Part shown: positions 50,625 through 60,700 of the stretch, piece after piece
Position numbering within the stretch: the stretch's first letter is position 1
Layout of the letters: each line of letters begins with the position of its first letter
Source: Tetramitus jugosus
Taxonomy: Eukaryota; Protista; Heterolobosea
DNA: 64,000 nucleotides
Assembly (NCBI GenBank): GCA_937625935.1
Contig: OW569344.1
Location: 434,001 to 498,000 of the forward strand
Direction: 5' to 3'
Made by a program: the position numbers and the translations under genes
Notes under the pieces: generated by a model
What the model saw: only the letters and a program-made list of their open reading frames with translations
Told to the model about the DNA's origin: nothing
Database searches by the model: none

Positions 50625-51995
50625 TTATTGTATGACTTTGAGTCTGAGCTTCGCTTGAATGGCTTCTGATACACCAGATACAGAATCAATGTTCAATAGA
50701 CGAAAACACTGAGAAAGGAATTCCTGATTGGAGCTCAATTGACAAATTTCTTGGATTGAATCGCCAATGGTTGGAATGTACGAGGACAACAGCCCAACAT
50801 TCTTGAATTGCTTCGCAGAAAGAAAGAGGTTGGAGCATGTGGGATTCTCTTTCATGCTTTGAAAGAGGGCCCCTAACGATTTTGAGAAAGCATCTGGGAG
50901 GAGATTTGAGTGAGTCTCGCTGCTATTGGACTGTCGGTAGTCCATCACAATATCAATGGACTTGAGTGTTGGATAGTTGACAGATTTCAAGGGATAAACA
51001 AGGCTACAGCACAATCCATTGTCATCTATGAACCAAAACAATTTGCCTGATGCTGTCACGAATGATAAACCAACATTCTCCAGTAGGTTATCTGTCCAAC
51101 AACTGACAAACAAGTTACCAATACAGTTTCGATCCTCCTCCAAGTTGACCCACTCTCCACTTCTAGACAAGGACAATTTTTCAACAGTCTTCTCTTGTCC
51201 TCCAAGCATCAAATGGAACACTGCTTCTGCATTTCTATGTCTTCCTGTATGACTCGAGTGCTTACTCTTCTGTGTCTTGCAAGCAGAGAAACATTGATTC
51301 GCAAACTGTTTCAATTGTTCCTTATCTTTCAAGATGGATGAATTGACGACACAGGTGACCTTCACCTTGACGCAACCTTTCATATCATCACCCGAGTCGA
51401 AATCAATGTCTCCCTCTTCCTCATGCCTGTTAATGAAGACATGAGTGGACAGTACCGACTCATACACATCTTGAATTGTCATGACTCCTCTGGAATATGA
51501 GAGACACCGATCCTTCAAGTGGAGCAACGGTACCATTGTTCCATCACAATACAACTCTCTATGAATCACAGTATCGTCATCAGAATGATGATTCAACAAT
51601 TGGTAAATCTCTAGATACTCCTTGATGGGATCCAATAATTGGTTGACATCATGAAAACTATCTTCCAACTGATGAAAAACAATGCAGCTCCTCTCCTTGT
51701 TCAGAGAAACAATAGAGAGAACATTGAGGAGAGATTCATAGTGACGAACAATGATTTCGTCCAATGCTTCACCCAGCACTTGCTTGCTCTCACGAGCTAA
51801 AAAGTAAGACAAGTGCAATTGCATGATTGATGATTTTGGGTCATCAATGGATGATGAGCTCTCACCACTGCTACTCCTCATCATTTCATCAATTGTTCTC
51901 TTTTTGTTGTTGATGATGAGAGGTTGTGCTTGGATCACGATGGAGCACTGTATCTTGACAATTGGACAAGAGTCAATTGTTGAGCAATGAAACAT
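50625..51995 (-). CDS. Probable meiotic TopoVI B-like subunit (TOPOVIBL/MTOPVIB)
   Basis: C-terminal SLGALFQSMKE..NLFLS..SYIPTIGDSI..ICQLSSNQEF..QC..LL..V.EAI..KL matches my recollection of the MTOPVIB/TOP6BL transducer C-terminus; about 420-456 aa; start 51995 or 51884. Confidence 0.65.
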   Translation of the reverse strand: MFHCSTIDSCPIVKIQCSIVIQAQPLIINNKKRTIDEMMRSSSGESSSSIDDPKSSIMQLHLSYFLARESKQVLGEALDEIIVRHYESLLNVLSIVSLNKERSCIVFHQLEDSFHDVNQLLDPIKEYLEIYQLLNHHSDDDTVIHRELYCDGTMVPLLHLKDRCLSYSRGVMTIQDVYESVLSTHVFINRHEEEGDIDFDSGDDMKGCVKVKVTCVVNSSILKDKEQLKQFANQCFSACKTQKSKHSSHTGRHRNAEAVFHLMLGGQEKTVEKLSLSRSGEWVNLEEDRNCIGNLFVSCWTDNLLENVGLSFVTASGKLFWFIDDNGLCCSLVYPLKSVNYPTLKSIDIVMDYRQSNSSETHSNLLPDAFSKSLGALFQSMKENPTCSNLFLSAKQFKNVGLLSSYIPTIGDSIQEICQLSSNQEFLSQCFRLLNIDSVSGVSEAIQAKLRLKVIQ

Positions 51996-52148
51996 GAGCT
52001 AACATTACATCATAAAAATCAAGAATACAAAAAATTTTGTATGAGATTATGTATCGATAAAAGTGTTGAACAGCGATGGTCCTGTAGAAAAGTGTATTTA
52101 GTGTATGGATGCATACCTTTTTGATAGCTCTCAAAATTTGTTGGTAGT

Positions 52149-53160
52149 TCATTTTGTTTTTTGTTGTGAGGCACTTGTTGTATTGTTGTTTTCTGTGCTC
52201 GTTTTCCTGTTATGAGCGCTCATTGGCAGTGCATCGAGAACATATGTGCTCTGCAGTATTTTTCTACGCCGCTCCACACACATTTCACTGCATCCTCCGA
52301 GATAACTGATGAATATCTCCTGACCTGCAGCAATCGGTCTACTGGCAGTAAACTGAATCTCTGTCTCAGATGTATTACAATATCTAGTGTAGGCATTAGA
52401 TTCACAGGAGTGATTATAGTAGCTTGTTAGTGCATACAGATTAATGCCCCTGGGATTATGATCCTTGTCGCACAGTGACATAAAAGTGTTCACAGATAGA
52501 ATATGGTGCATCTGACAATACCACTCAAAGCTAAATGGATCAAACAGAACATGATCCGAATATCCTTTAGAAATCAAGATTTTTGTTCAAACTTCCCATG
52601 ATTTACTGGTGGAGCTAAGTCACGGTACATTGTCATTCGGTGTCAACATTGCTCATCTTTGTCATCCATAAATGGATGAGAACGGCAGAACCTTTTTGAC
52701 TCATGATATGATCTCTCATAGCTTGGCACTCTGCATCTAATCTCGCAGAAACAATGGGCTTTTCAGCAGTGATTACTTCATCCTTTTCAATATCTCGAAC
52801 TGCAAATATGCCCTTGATCCAATACTGATCGTGTGCGAAAAAGGTTCCACTAAATCTTCAAAATAGGAGAGATTGTCATTCACAGATCGTGACAATGTTT
52901 CACGCTGACTCCATGGATATAAAATATAGGGAAAATGCTCTCGATCATCATTCTTCTCTTTTCGTGCTTCATTCAAATCCAATAATCGCTTTTTGTGAGC
53001 AACTGCGACACGCAAAATTCCTGCTTGTTCGGCAGCTCTGCTAGCCAATAAATGTGCACTCCAATCACTCTGATCCAATGCACTCATCGCATCGACATAG
53101 GCAATGGACGTTGAAGGCTAAGGAAGTACTCTCCTCTTGATAGAAACTTGGTGTAAATGC
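52149..53160 (-). pseudogene. Fragmented TPR-SET (SMYD-like) lysine methyltransferase
   Basis: TPR FLSRGEYFLSLQRP/IAYVDA, SET-N KGIFAVRDIEKDEVITAEKP and SET-C NHSCESNA..IAAGQEIFISY are separated by frameshifts and stops; post-SET cysteines disrupted. Confidence 0.75.
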
Positions 53161-53553
53161 CTTTTGGTTTGTCGGAGTTGAAAAAAACTGTTTTGGACAT
53201 GCACCAAAAAGGTCATTTGACGGATAACGACTTGTACAGGTTTTTACTGTCGAAGAAATTGACCAATCCACTTTACGAAACACCTAATCATCAACCATCA
53301 AACTGCGCAACCAATTAAAATTTTGCCGACTTGTTTACAAAACTGAACCGGTTATGGATATCAACCGACCTACGCCTTTTGAGGTGTAAGCATCGCCCAC
53401 ACACCCACCAGCATCAACACCCATCAACCCCCATGCCCCCATGAATTCAAATCCGCATTCAAGCAAAAGAGCTTTCCAGCAAAAAACTAAACCAGAAAAA
53501 AAAGTCAACGCCACAAGACTCAACCAACAACCCATTCACACCCATCTCCAGCC

Positions 53554-53775
53554 ATGAACTCCACCATTATCTGCAACGAAATTGAAAGACTCACTAATGA
53601 TGTTGAGTTTCTTACTCAGCAAATAGAGGAGGAGCTCAGTTGCTCTGAAGAAGAAAGTTCTCCTCGAACATCTTCTCTTAGTAGCTTTGATGATTACACA
53701 TGCAATCAAGAGGATGGAAATAGAAGGAAGATGAGAGTGTCCATGAGCTTGATGAAGAGGAGAAGAAGCTGTTGA
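53554..53775 (+). CDS. Small hypothetical protein (73 aa; coiled coil, Ser/acidic middle, basic tail)
   Basis: ATG in GCCATG context after a CA-rich leader like those of neighbouring genes; no homology recognised. Confidence 0.45.
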   Translation: MNSTIICNEIERLTNDVEFLTQQIEEELSCSEEESSPRTSSLSSFDDYTCNQEDGNRRKMRVSMSLMKRRRSC

Positions 53776-54190
53776 ATCCACACATGGACAAAAATGATTT
53801 TTTGCCAAAGTGAACCAGTCTAGTTCTCTCTTGCTTCACTAGCGATACAAAAAACATTTTGATCCAACTAGGAAATTGTATCATATGAGCTGAAAGCCAA
53901 ATCACTCTCGTCTGCTTGATCCCATTTTTGACCAAAGTTGAAGTTGAATATTCTTCAACTGCTCAGGATTCAACAAAGGAACAGCGCACTCTTCGTAGGT
54001 GTGGAGCATTTCACATTAGCTAGGTCCTGAACATAACATTTTCGTGTGGATTCAACCACACACTAGGTACTTGGATTTTACCAGCTGTTTTTGTATTTTT
54101 ATGCCTTGTTAGGAAGGCTACAAGAAGCAAATGAATTATCCAATAATAAGAAGCATTCGTTTTCAACAAAAACTCAATGTTTGATCATTT

Positions 54191-54446
54191 TTATTGAGAC
54201 TTGTCAGTCTTGGATTGGTCTTGGACTTTCTTCTTTGCAAAGTCTTCTTGGCTTTCCACTTGAATTCGTTCAACAGCTTTTGATGAGCTGTAGCTCTGCC
54301 ACGCGACTACAAAAAAAATTGTTGGAATTGCGTTTCCATGCGAAATGGGTTTTGAACAACTAGCCACAAAATAGATGGTACATACCAAGTGCACCGATTG
54401 CCAGACTCCACGCTCCTACTTGATACAAAAGTTTGTTCTTGTTCAT
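54191..54446 (-). CDS. 58-aa single-TM microprotein, 2 exons
   Basis: Exon 54446-54386, intron GTATGT..TTTTTTTTGTAG 54385-54307, exon 54306-54191: MNKNKLLYQVGAWSLAIGALVAWQSYSSSKAVERIQVESQEDFAKKKVQDQSKTDKSQ. Confidence 0.7.
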
Positions 54447-54640
54447 TGATGTGTGTCACACTGGAATTGTTGTTTTTATGTGCTTTCTGATCAATCAGCT
54501 GTGTGATGTTGTAAAGTCCGCCCTCCAATTTCTGTGGCTTTTTCTTCGAGTTTCTCACACAAAAAGCAAACAACACAAACACAAACACACACATTTGTTG
54601 ATAGTGACGCACCCAGCCTCATACAATACGAACAGATCTG

Positions 54641-54656
54641 TATATATATATATATA
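54641..54656. repeat. (TA)8 microsatellite upstream of VPS13
   Basis: tatatatatatatata directly visible. Confidence 0.9.
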
Positions 54657-54798
54657 CACAATACCCAGAGGCACCAGCAGTCAGTCAGTCACCATCATCA
54701 AATATCTTTTTTATTTATTACCAACCGTATTCAAACAGTAGAGAGACAACAACAGTTTTTTCCCTTAAACATACAACAACAACAACAATATCAACAAC

Positions 54799-57700
54799 AT
54801 GTTCGAGGGTATCGTGAGTTCAGTGCTCGTCAAAGTATTGGGCGACTACATTGAGAATTTAGATTCCAATTCACTGAACATTGGTATTCTGAGTGGAAGA
54901 GTCGAGCTAAGAAATTTGTTTTTGAAGCCTACGGCACTTGACTCTTTTGATTTACCAGTGTCTGTGGTCAAGGGAACAGTCGGTCTCATCAATGCAGAGA
55001 TTCCATGGAAGAGTCTCGGTTCATCTCCCGTCATTGCACGTGTCTCTGATGTGTTTTTGGTGGTTCAACCTAGAAAGTGTAATTCGTGGGATCCAGCAAT
55101 AGAAGCACAGAGAAGAGCTGCTTCTCAACGTGGTAAAATTTCATCATATGAAGCACAGGTGAAGGAAGAGGAAGAGAAGAAGAAGCAATTGGAGTTGGCC
55201 ACTGGTGGTGGTGGTTCTTCCAATGATAAGAAGAGTGATGATGGATTCGTGTCCAGATTGACCGAAACCGTCATCAATAATTTACAGGTGCACATTAACA
55301 ATGTTCATGTGCGTTATGAAGATCCTTCTGATCCAGATCCAGCCAATGCCGTCGTGTTTGGTGTCACACTCAAATCATTGAGTGCTGTGTCTTGTGATGA
55401 AAATTGGGTTCATCAGTTTATTAAGAAGGCTGGATCCGAAATGAGAAAAAAGGTCGAGTTGAGAGAGTTTAGTGTATATATGGCCAATTATACCAATGGA
55501 AAGTCTCCATTGGCAATGCTCTCCACCATTCCATCTTCTAAAGCATTCCAGGAAATTATGTTACAAATGATTACTCAGTTGAAAGGCAGTGAAATGAGCA
55601 AGGATATGTTGGTGGACCACATTGATGGTACATTGAAGCTTGTGATTCAAAAGGATGCAGAAGGTCTCGATTTGAAGAAACCAAAGATTTATGCAGATTT
55701 AGAGGTTGGAGAAGTGAACATTTCGCTCCATCAGACTCAATATAGATCATTGCTTCGAACTTTGGATTATGTGAGCAATTATCAGAAACTTGAAAGATAT
55801 AGAAAATGGAGACCAAAGATTAGACCTGCACAAGAACCTAGACCAAACGAGCCTGAGATTGATCATTATAAAGTTCGTCAAGAGTGGTGGAGTTTTGCAT
55901 TGAAGGCAGGAAAGGATCAAATTGATAAACAATATTTCTCATGGGAGCAAGTGCAAGAGAGAAAAAAACAGAGAGAAGATTACATTGCATTGCACAAGAA
56001 GAAGAAGTTGGATAAAGCTTCTCAACAGAAGAAGCAGAATCTAGAAGTTGACATGGACACAAAGCTATTGATTTTCTCCAGAGAGTTGGCAGAGGCTGAA
56101 CTCAAACTCATGGCAGAAAATAAGAAGAAGATTGAATCCAAAACGGAGCAAAAACCAAAGAGCTCTGGTGGTTGGTTCTCTAGTTGGATGGGAGGAGCAA
56201 AGAAGGATGAAGAGGAAGAGGATGATTCTGCATATACCCTGACTGACGAACAGCGGAAGTTCTTGCATACCACAATAGGTTATGATGCTCAAGCGAAGGC
56301 AGACCGAGCAAAGTTGCCAGATGAATACGAGAACCTCAAATTGAAGTTCAGATTGAGAGGTGGTGTAATCAAATTGAATGATAGTGAGCAAACTATTGTA
56401 AGTGCAGATTACCACAATCTCGCTGCCGATTTTACAATGCGCGAGGCCGCAGGTAATGTGATCGTGTCTGTAGGGTTGGAATCGTTCAATATTACAGATA
56501 GGTATTGCCAGGGTACCAAGTATCCAAGCATTTTATCAAAGAGAACTTCCTCAAGAGCAGTATCATCACCTGATTCCGATAAGCTCATTGATATTCGTGT
56601 AGAGACAGCACCTCTTCACGGACAATCAGATCTAGAAGTTGGTGTAGTGCTTGGAAAAACAGATGTGGTGATTAACACTACATTAGTTCAGAAGATTCTA
56701 TCGTTCTTCATTATTCCAGCAACAGTTAATTTGCAATTTGTTCAACAAGCAGCAAAGAAGGGATTGGATAGTATTCAACAACAAGCTCTTACCCAACTTA
56801 GAGTCGCACTTGAGGATAAGAAAGTGCTGGATGTATCAGTACAGATTCGAGCACCAAGATTTATCATTCCAAAGGACTGCAATGATGTTACATCAGAGAT
56901 CATTGTTATTGATTTGGGTAAATTCCATATCAAATCAGATATTGATAAGGAGGCTAGAAAGAAACGTATTAAAGAGCAAGCAGTAGAAGAGAAAGATTTT
57001 TATGATAGATTTGACTTTGAGCTAAAGGATATCCAAGTTTTGATTGTTCCAAATCAAGATTCAATGAACAGCAAGGAGCAAATGGCCAAGGATCCCTTGC
57101 TTCACAATGTCACGATCGGAATGCAATTGGCTCAGTGTATCACATCTCATCCATCGTATCCAAGTACAAAGGTCACTGGAAAGATCCCTAAGATTAAGCT
57201 TGTGATGAGTCCAAAGAAGTTTGACACTGTTATGTTTGCTATGTACAAGATACTAGATTTGGTTGATAATCCAACCGGTACATCGAGTGCCAAGCTTGCC
57301 ATGGGCGGCACGCTGCGAGTCAAGCAAATCGTCAGCGAGAACAAGTTGGCAGATATCAAAGAGTTGGTTATTTCTGAACAGTTTAAGGAGTACGATGCTG
57401 AGTTGAGACAGGATGGACGACTGTTCTTCTATGATCCTAATCCTCTTCTGAAGACTAACAGAAGAAAGCCTGCTGCTTGTATTCCTCTGACGAGTCATAT
57501 CGTTAAATTACTAGATGGAGCAGACTTCCAAAAGGAGGGAGTGTCACCACAAGATTTGGTATTGCGACTACCACAGCCTGATGGAGATGAAGTGTATGTC
57601 GTGTTGACGGCAGATGAATCACAAAAGCTAGAATGGAAATCTAAGATATCAAACACCTTGTTATCTTATGCTACATATGACTTGGTTAAATCATCGGTCA

Positions 57701-60700
57701 GTACTGATGTTGTAGTTGTTGATCACTCAAACAAACCAAATAGCAACAAGCTAAAGTTAAACCTTGTTCTCGAAGAATTTTCACTTTTAGTGAACTTTGC
57801 TGATCCAACAACTAAGGACTCAGTTGTAGAACGTCCATTAGCATGCCTTGATTTGCAACGTCTGACAGTGGATATCACCGGTCGTACTTTTGATCAACAG
57901 ATACGAATTACACTGAAAACATTGGGTATCCAATATCTACCACAACAGATGGACGAAGTTTCGAGGTATATTCTTCATTCTGCTGGAAAGGAGGAGAGTG
58001 GTGATATTGCAGAGCTCAAGTTGACTATGTGTTCGGACGATAGATCTGAGTATTATTCACTCAATGCTGATACTTCCATAGCACTGCATTTTGCTACCTT
58101 CAAACTATTTTTCGATCCGTTGGCCATATCTAAATTTGTGTTGTTTGGATATAGTCTAGCGGATGTAATGCACAACAATTCTTCAAAGAATTTCAGAATG
58201 CTCACTCTATCCAGTGGGCTTCCTGATATTGAAAAGCAGATTCACGAAAATCACTCAAAGACACCTGAGAGAGCAACTATCAGAATAGACTCAAAGATGC
58301 AAGAAATGGGTTTGATTCTGAGAGACTCTGGAACTACATTTGCAAGTGCTTCCATGCGAGATACATCTGTTAGTTTCAGATCTGGAGAGAGTGGAATGTT
58401 TGTTAGTGGTGATATTGGTAATCTGGTTGCAGAAGACAAGAGTGGTGACATTATTCCAGATTATTCAGAAATATTAGGCTTAGGAAGAGTTGGAAGTTCT
58501 GTGATGAAGTTTTCTTTCGATCAGAACAAAAACTTGAGCAGCAATTTAGAGTACGGCAAGAAACTCACAATTGTGATGGAGTCCGTCAAGGTTGTTTACT
58601 TGAATCGCTTCATTAGTAAACTTCAGTTATATTTTGCTGATGGACCACTCATGGACGCTCTTAAAGAGGGAGGAAGAAGAATCAAGGACATTACAACAGA
58701 TGTAGTGAAGAAGCAAACAGCTACAACAACAGCTGCTGATATGCTTGGATTGGATCTGACATTTGAAACTCCTGTTGTTAAGGTTCCTGTTTCATGTTCA
58801 TCTCGAGATCATATTCATGCTGAGTTGGGACGAATTCGTGTATTCAATATTTTGTCTCGTCCAACTTCTACCTCCTTGGTTGAGGACATCAGAATCGAAT
58901 TGCACAACATGAACATGAAAACAAAATTGTTTGGAGCTATTCGACCTGTTGTCGATTCTGTTAATATCGATATGAGTGTGAAGAGAATCGTGTTTGGTGA
59001 GGGAGATGACACCCCTAACGTTGATTTCGACATGACTGTGAGTGAGGTTGCAATGAAGCTTTCTCATGCTCAATATCAGATGATATTTAGAATCATTGAT
59101 CAAAATGTGAATGACAGTATTACCAATATCAAGCCTAATCCAGCGCCTAAGGCTTTAGAGCCAGCCAATGAGAACAATGAGGCCAAATTAACTGATCTGA
59201 ATATCATTCAAAAGTTAAAGAGTTTGGTGAATGTAAAGTTCTCTCACTTAAACCTCACTCTTTTCAGAGGTGCAGGAGGAGTACTAGAAGAAGAGGATCC
59301 GATTGCCAGATTGAATATGTACGGTCTTCTTGTCGATGTCAGAGCTTTTGAAGGTCGAAGTGTAACTAAGGTGAAGCTTCATGAGGTTGATGCCTTTGAT
59401 ATGAGAAAAGATTCTTTGTCTCATTTCAAAAAGTTTATTGACTCAACCAATCAAAATACTGAATTCATTGAGGTTGATATCGAGACTCGATCAACGACAG
59501 ATGCCGATAGATTGCAAGTTGATGTTAAGATGGGAGACCCTCGTGTAGTTTTTGAACCGCAAATCGTTGCAGAGATTCAGAATTTCTTCACAAGCATGCG
59601 TCCTACAGATTCAGAAAAGACTGCCGCTCTATCTCTTGGTGCAAAGGATGCTCAAAACGAAGAGAAAGGTGATTTGCGTTTTAGAACTAACACTTGGCTC
59701 GGAAATGATATCACTATTAGCAGTGATCGAAAGTTGTATATCGATTCTAATCAGTCCGGAGAGGTTATTTTGGACGGAGAGGGTAATACCATTAAGTTTG
59801 TGACAAACCCAAATGACACGTCTCGCTTGGTATTTATTGAAAAGGGCATGAAGCTTAAGTTGAGAAATGTGGTGTTGTTGTTGCCAGACAACGAGCACAT
59901 TGATGATTTAGTGGAGCTGCTAGATTCATCCAGCAGTTTTACTGCTCCAGCCACATTGGGTGTCTTCAGAGGGCATTACAATCCATTAGTAACTGAGGTC
60001 GATGTTGCTTCTGAGACAGTTGCTTCTGCCGTTGAAGTAAAGAAAAAGCAAGTTCAAGAGATTAGGGTGAAACTGGGACATCCATGTGTTGTATTCCCGG
60101 TTGATGCCACGAGTGCGGATACTAATTTATTTGTCGTGAAGGCTGAGCTTGATCTTAGAATGGTTTTCACTGAAAATAATCGAGCAATAGAAGTTGGTAT
60201 CAAAGATTTGATGGCATTCTCTGAAAGTGCCGTGAACCACAAGGTCGGTTCACCAATTATTGAACCAATCAATATGAACATTAAGATTATTGAGGACCTC
60301 AAGGATCACAAACGATTCGTGAATGCATCCATCAAGGGAGTATTAAGAATCAGACTTGCTTATCAAGATGTTAAGATGATCACCCAAGTCGTTAATGCCT
60401 TTAAACAAACTAGCGAATTATCTGCCGAGTTATCTAAAGGACAGATGATTGTTGATCATGAGAAGACGGACGACTCAGCCACCGACGATATGAGCGGATC
60501 AGACAATGAAGATGAGGATGATGACGATCAATTTGAAGAAGTTGAGGAGACACCTTCAACTCCAGTTCCAGTTTCCGCTTCTTCAGAGCCGTTTGAAGAA
60601 ACCAAGCCTATGGATATCACAGGTCAATTCTCTCTCAACAAGTTCGATAAGCACGATCCTTCTAACACTGCAACTAGTGATTTATCAAGCTCTGATGATA

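Noticed and set aside
53767-53925. ORF ends Ser-Cys-TGA, suggesting a selenoprotein, with ATGA..AAA..TGAT downstream
   Set aside because: Putative SECIS helix II does not base-pair, and the protein has no redox fold
60500-60560. Acidic DDDQFEEVEE in VPS13 as a FFAT motif
   Set aside because: Poor match to EFFDAxE; cannot be supported without scoring
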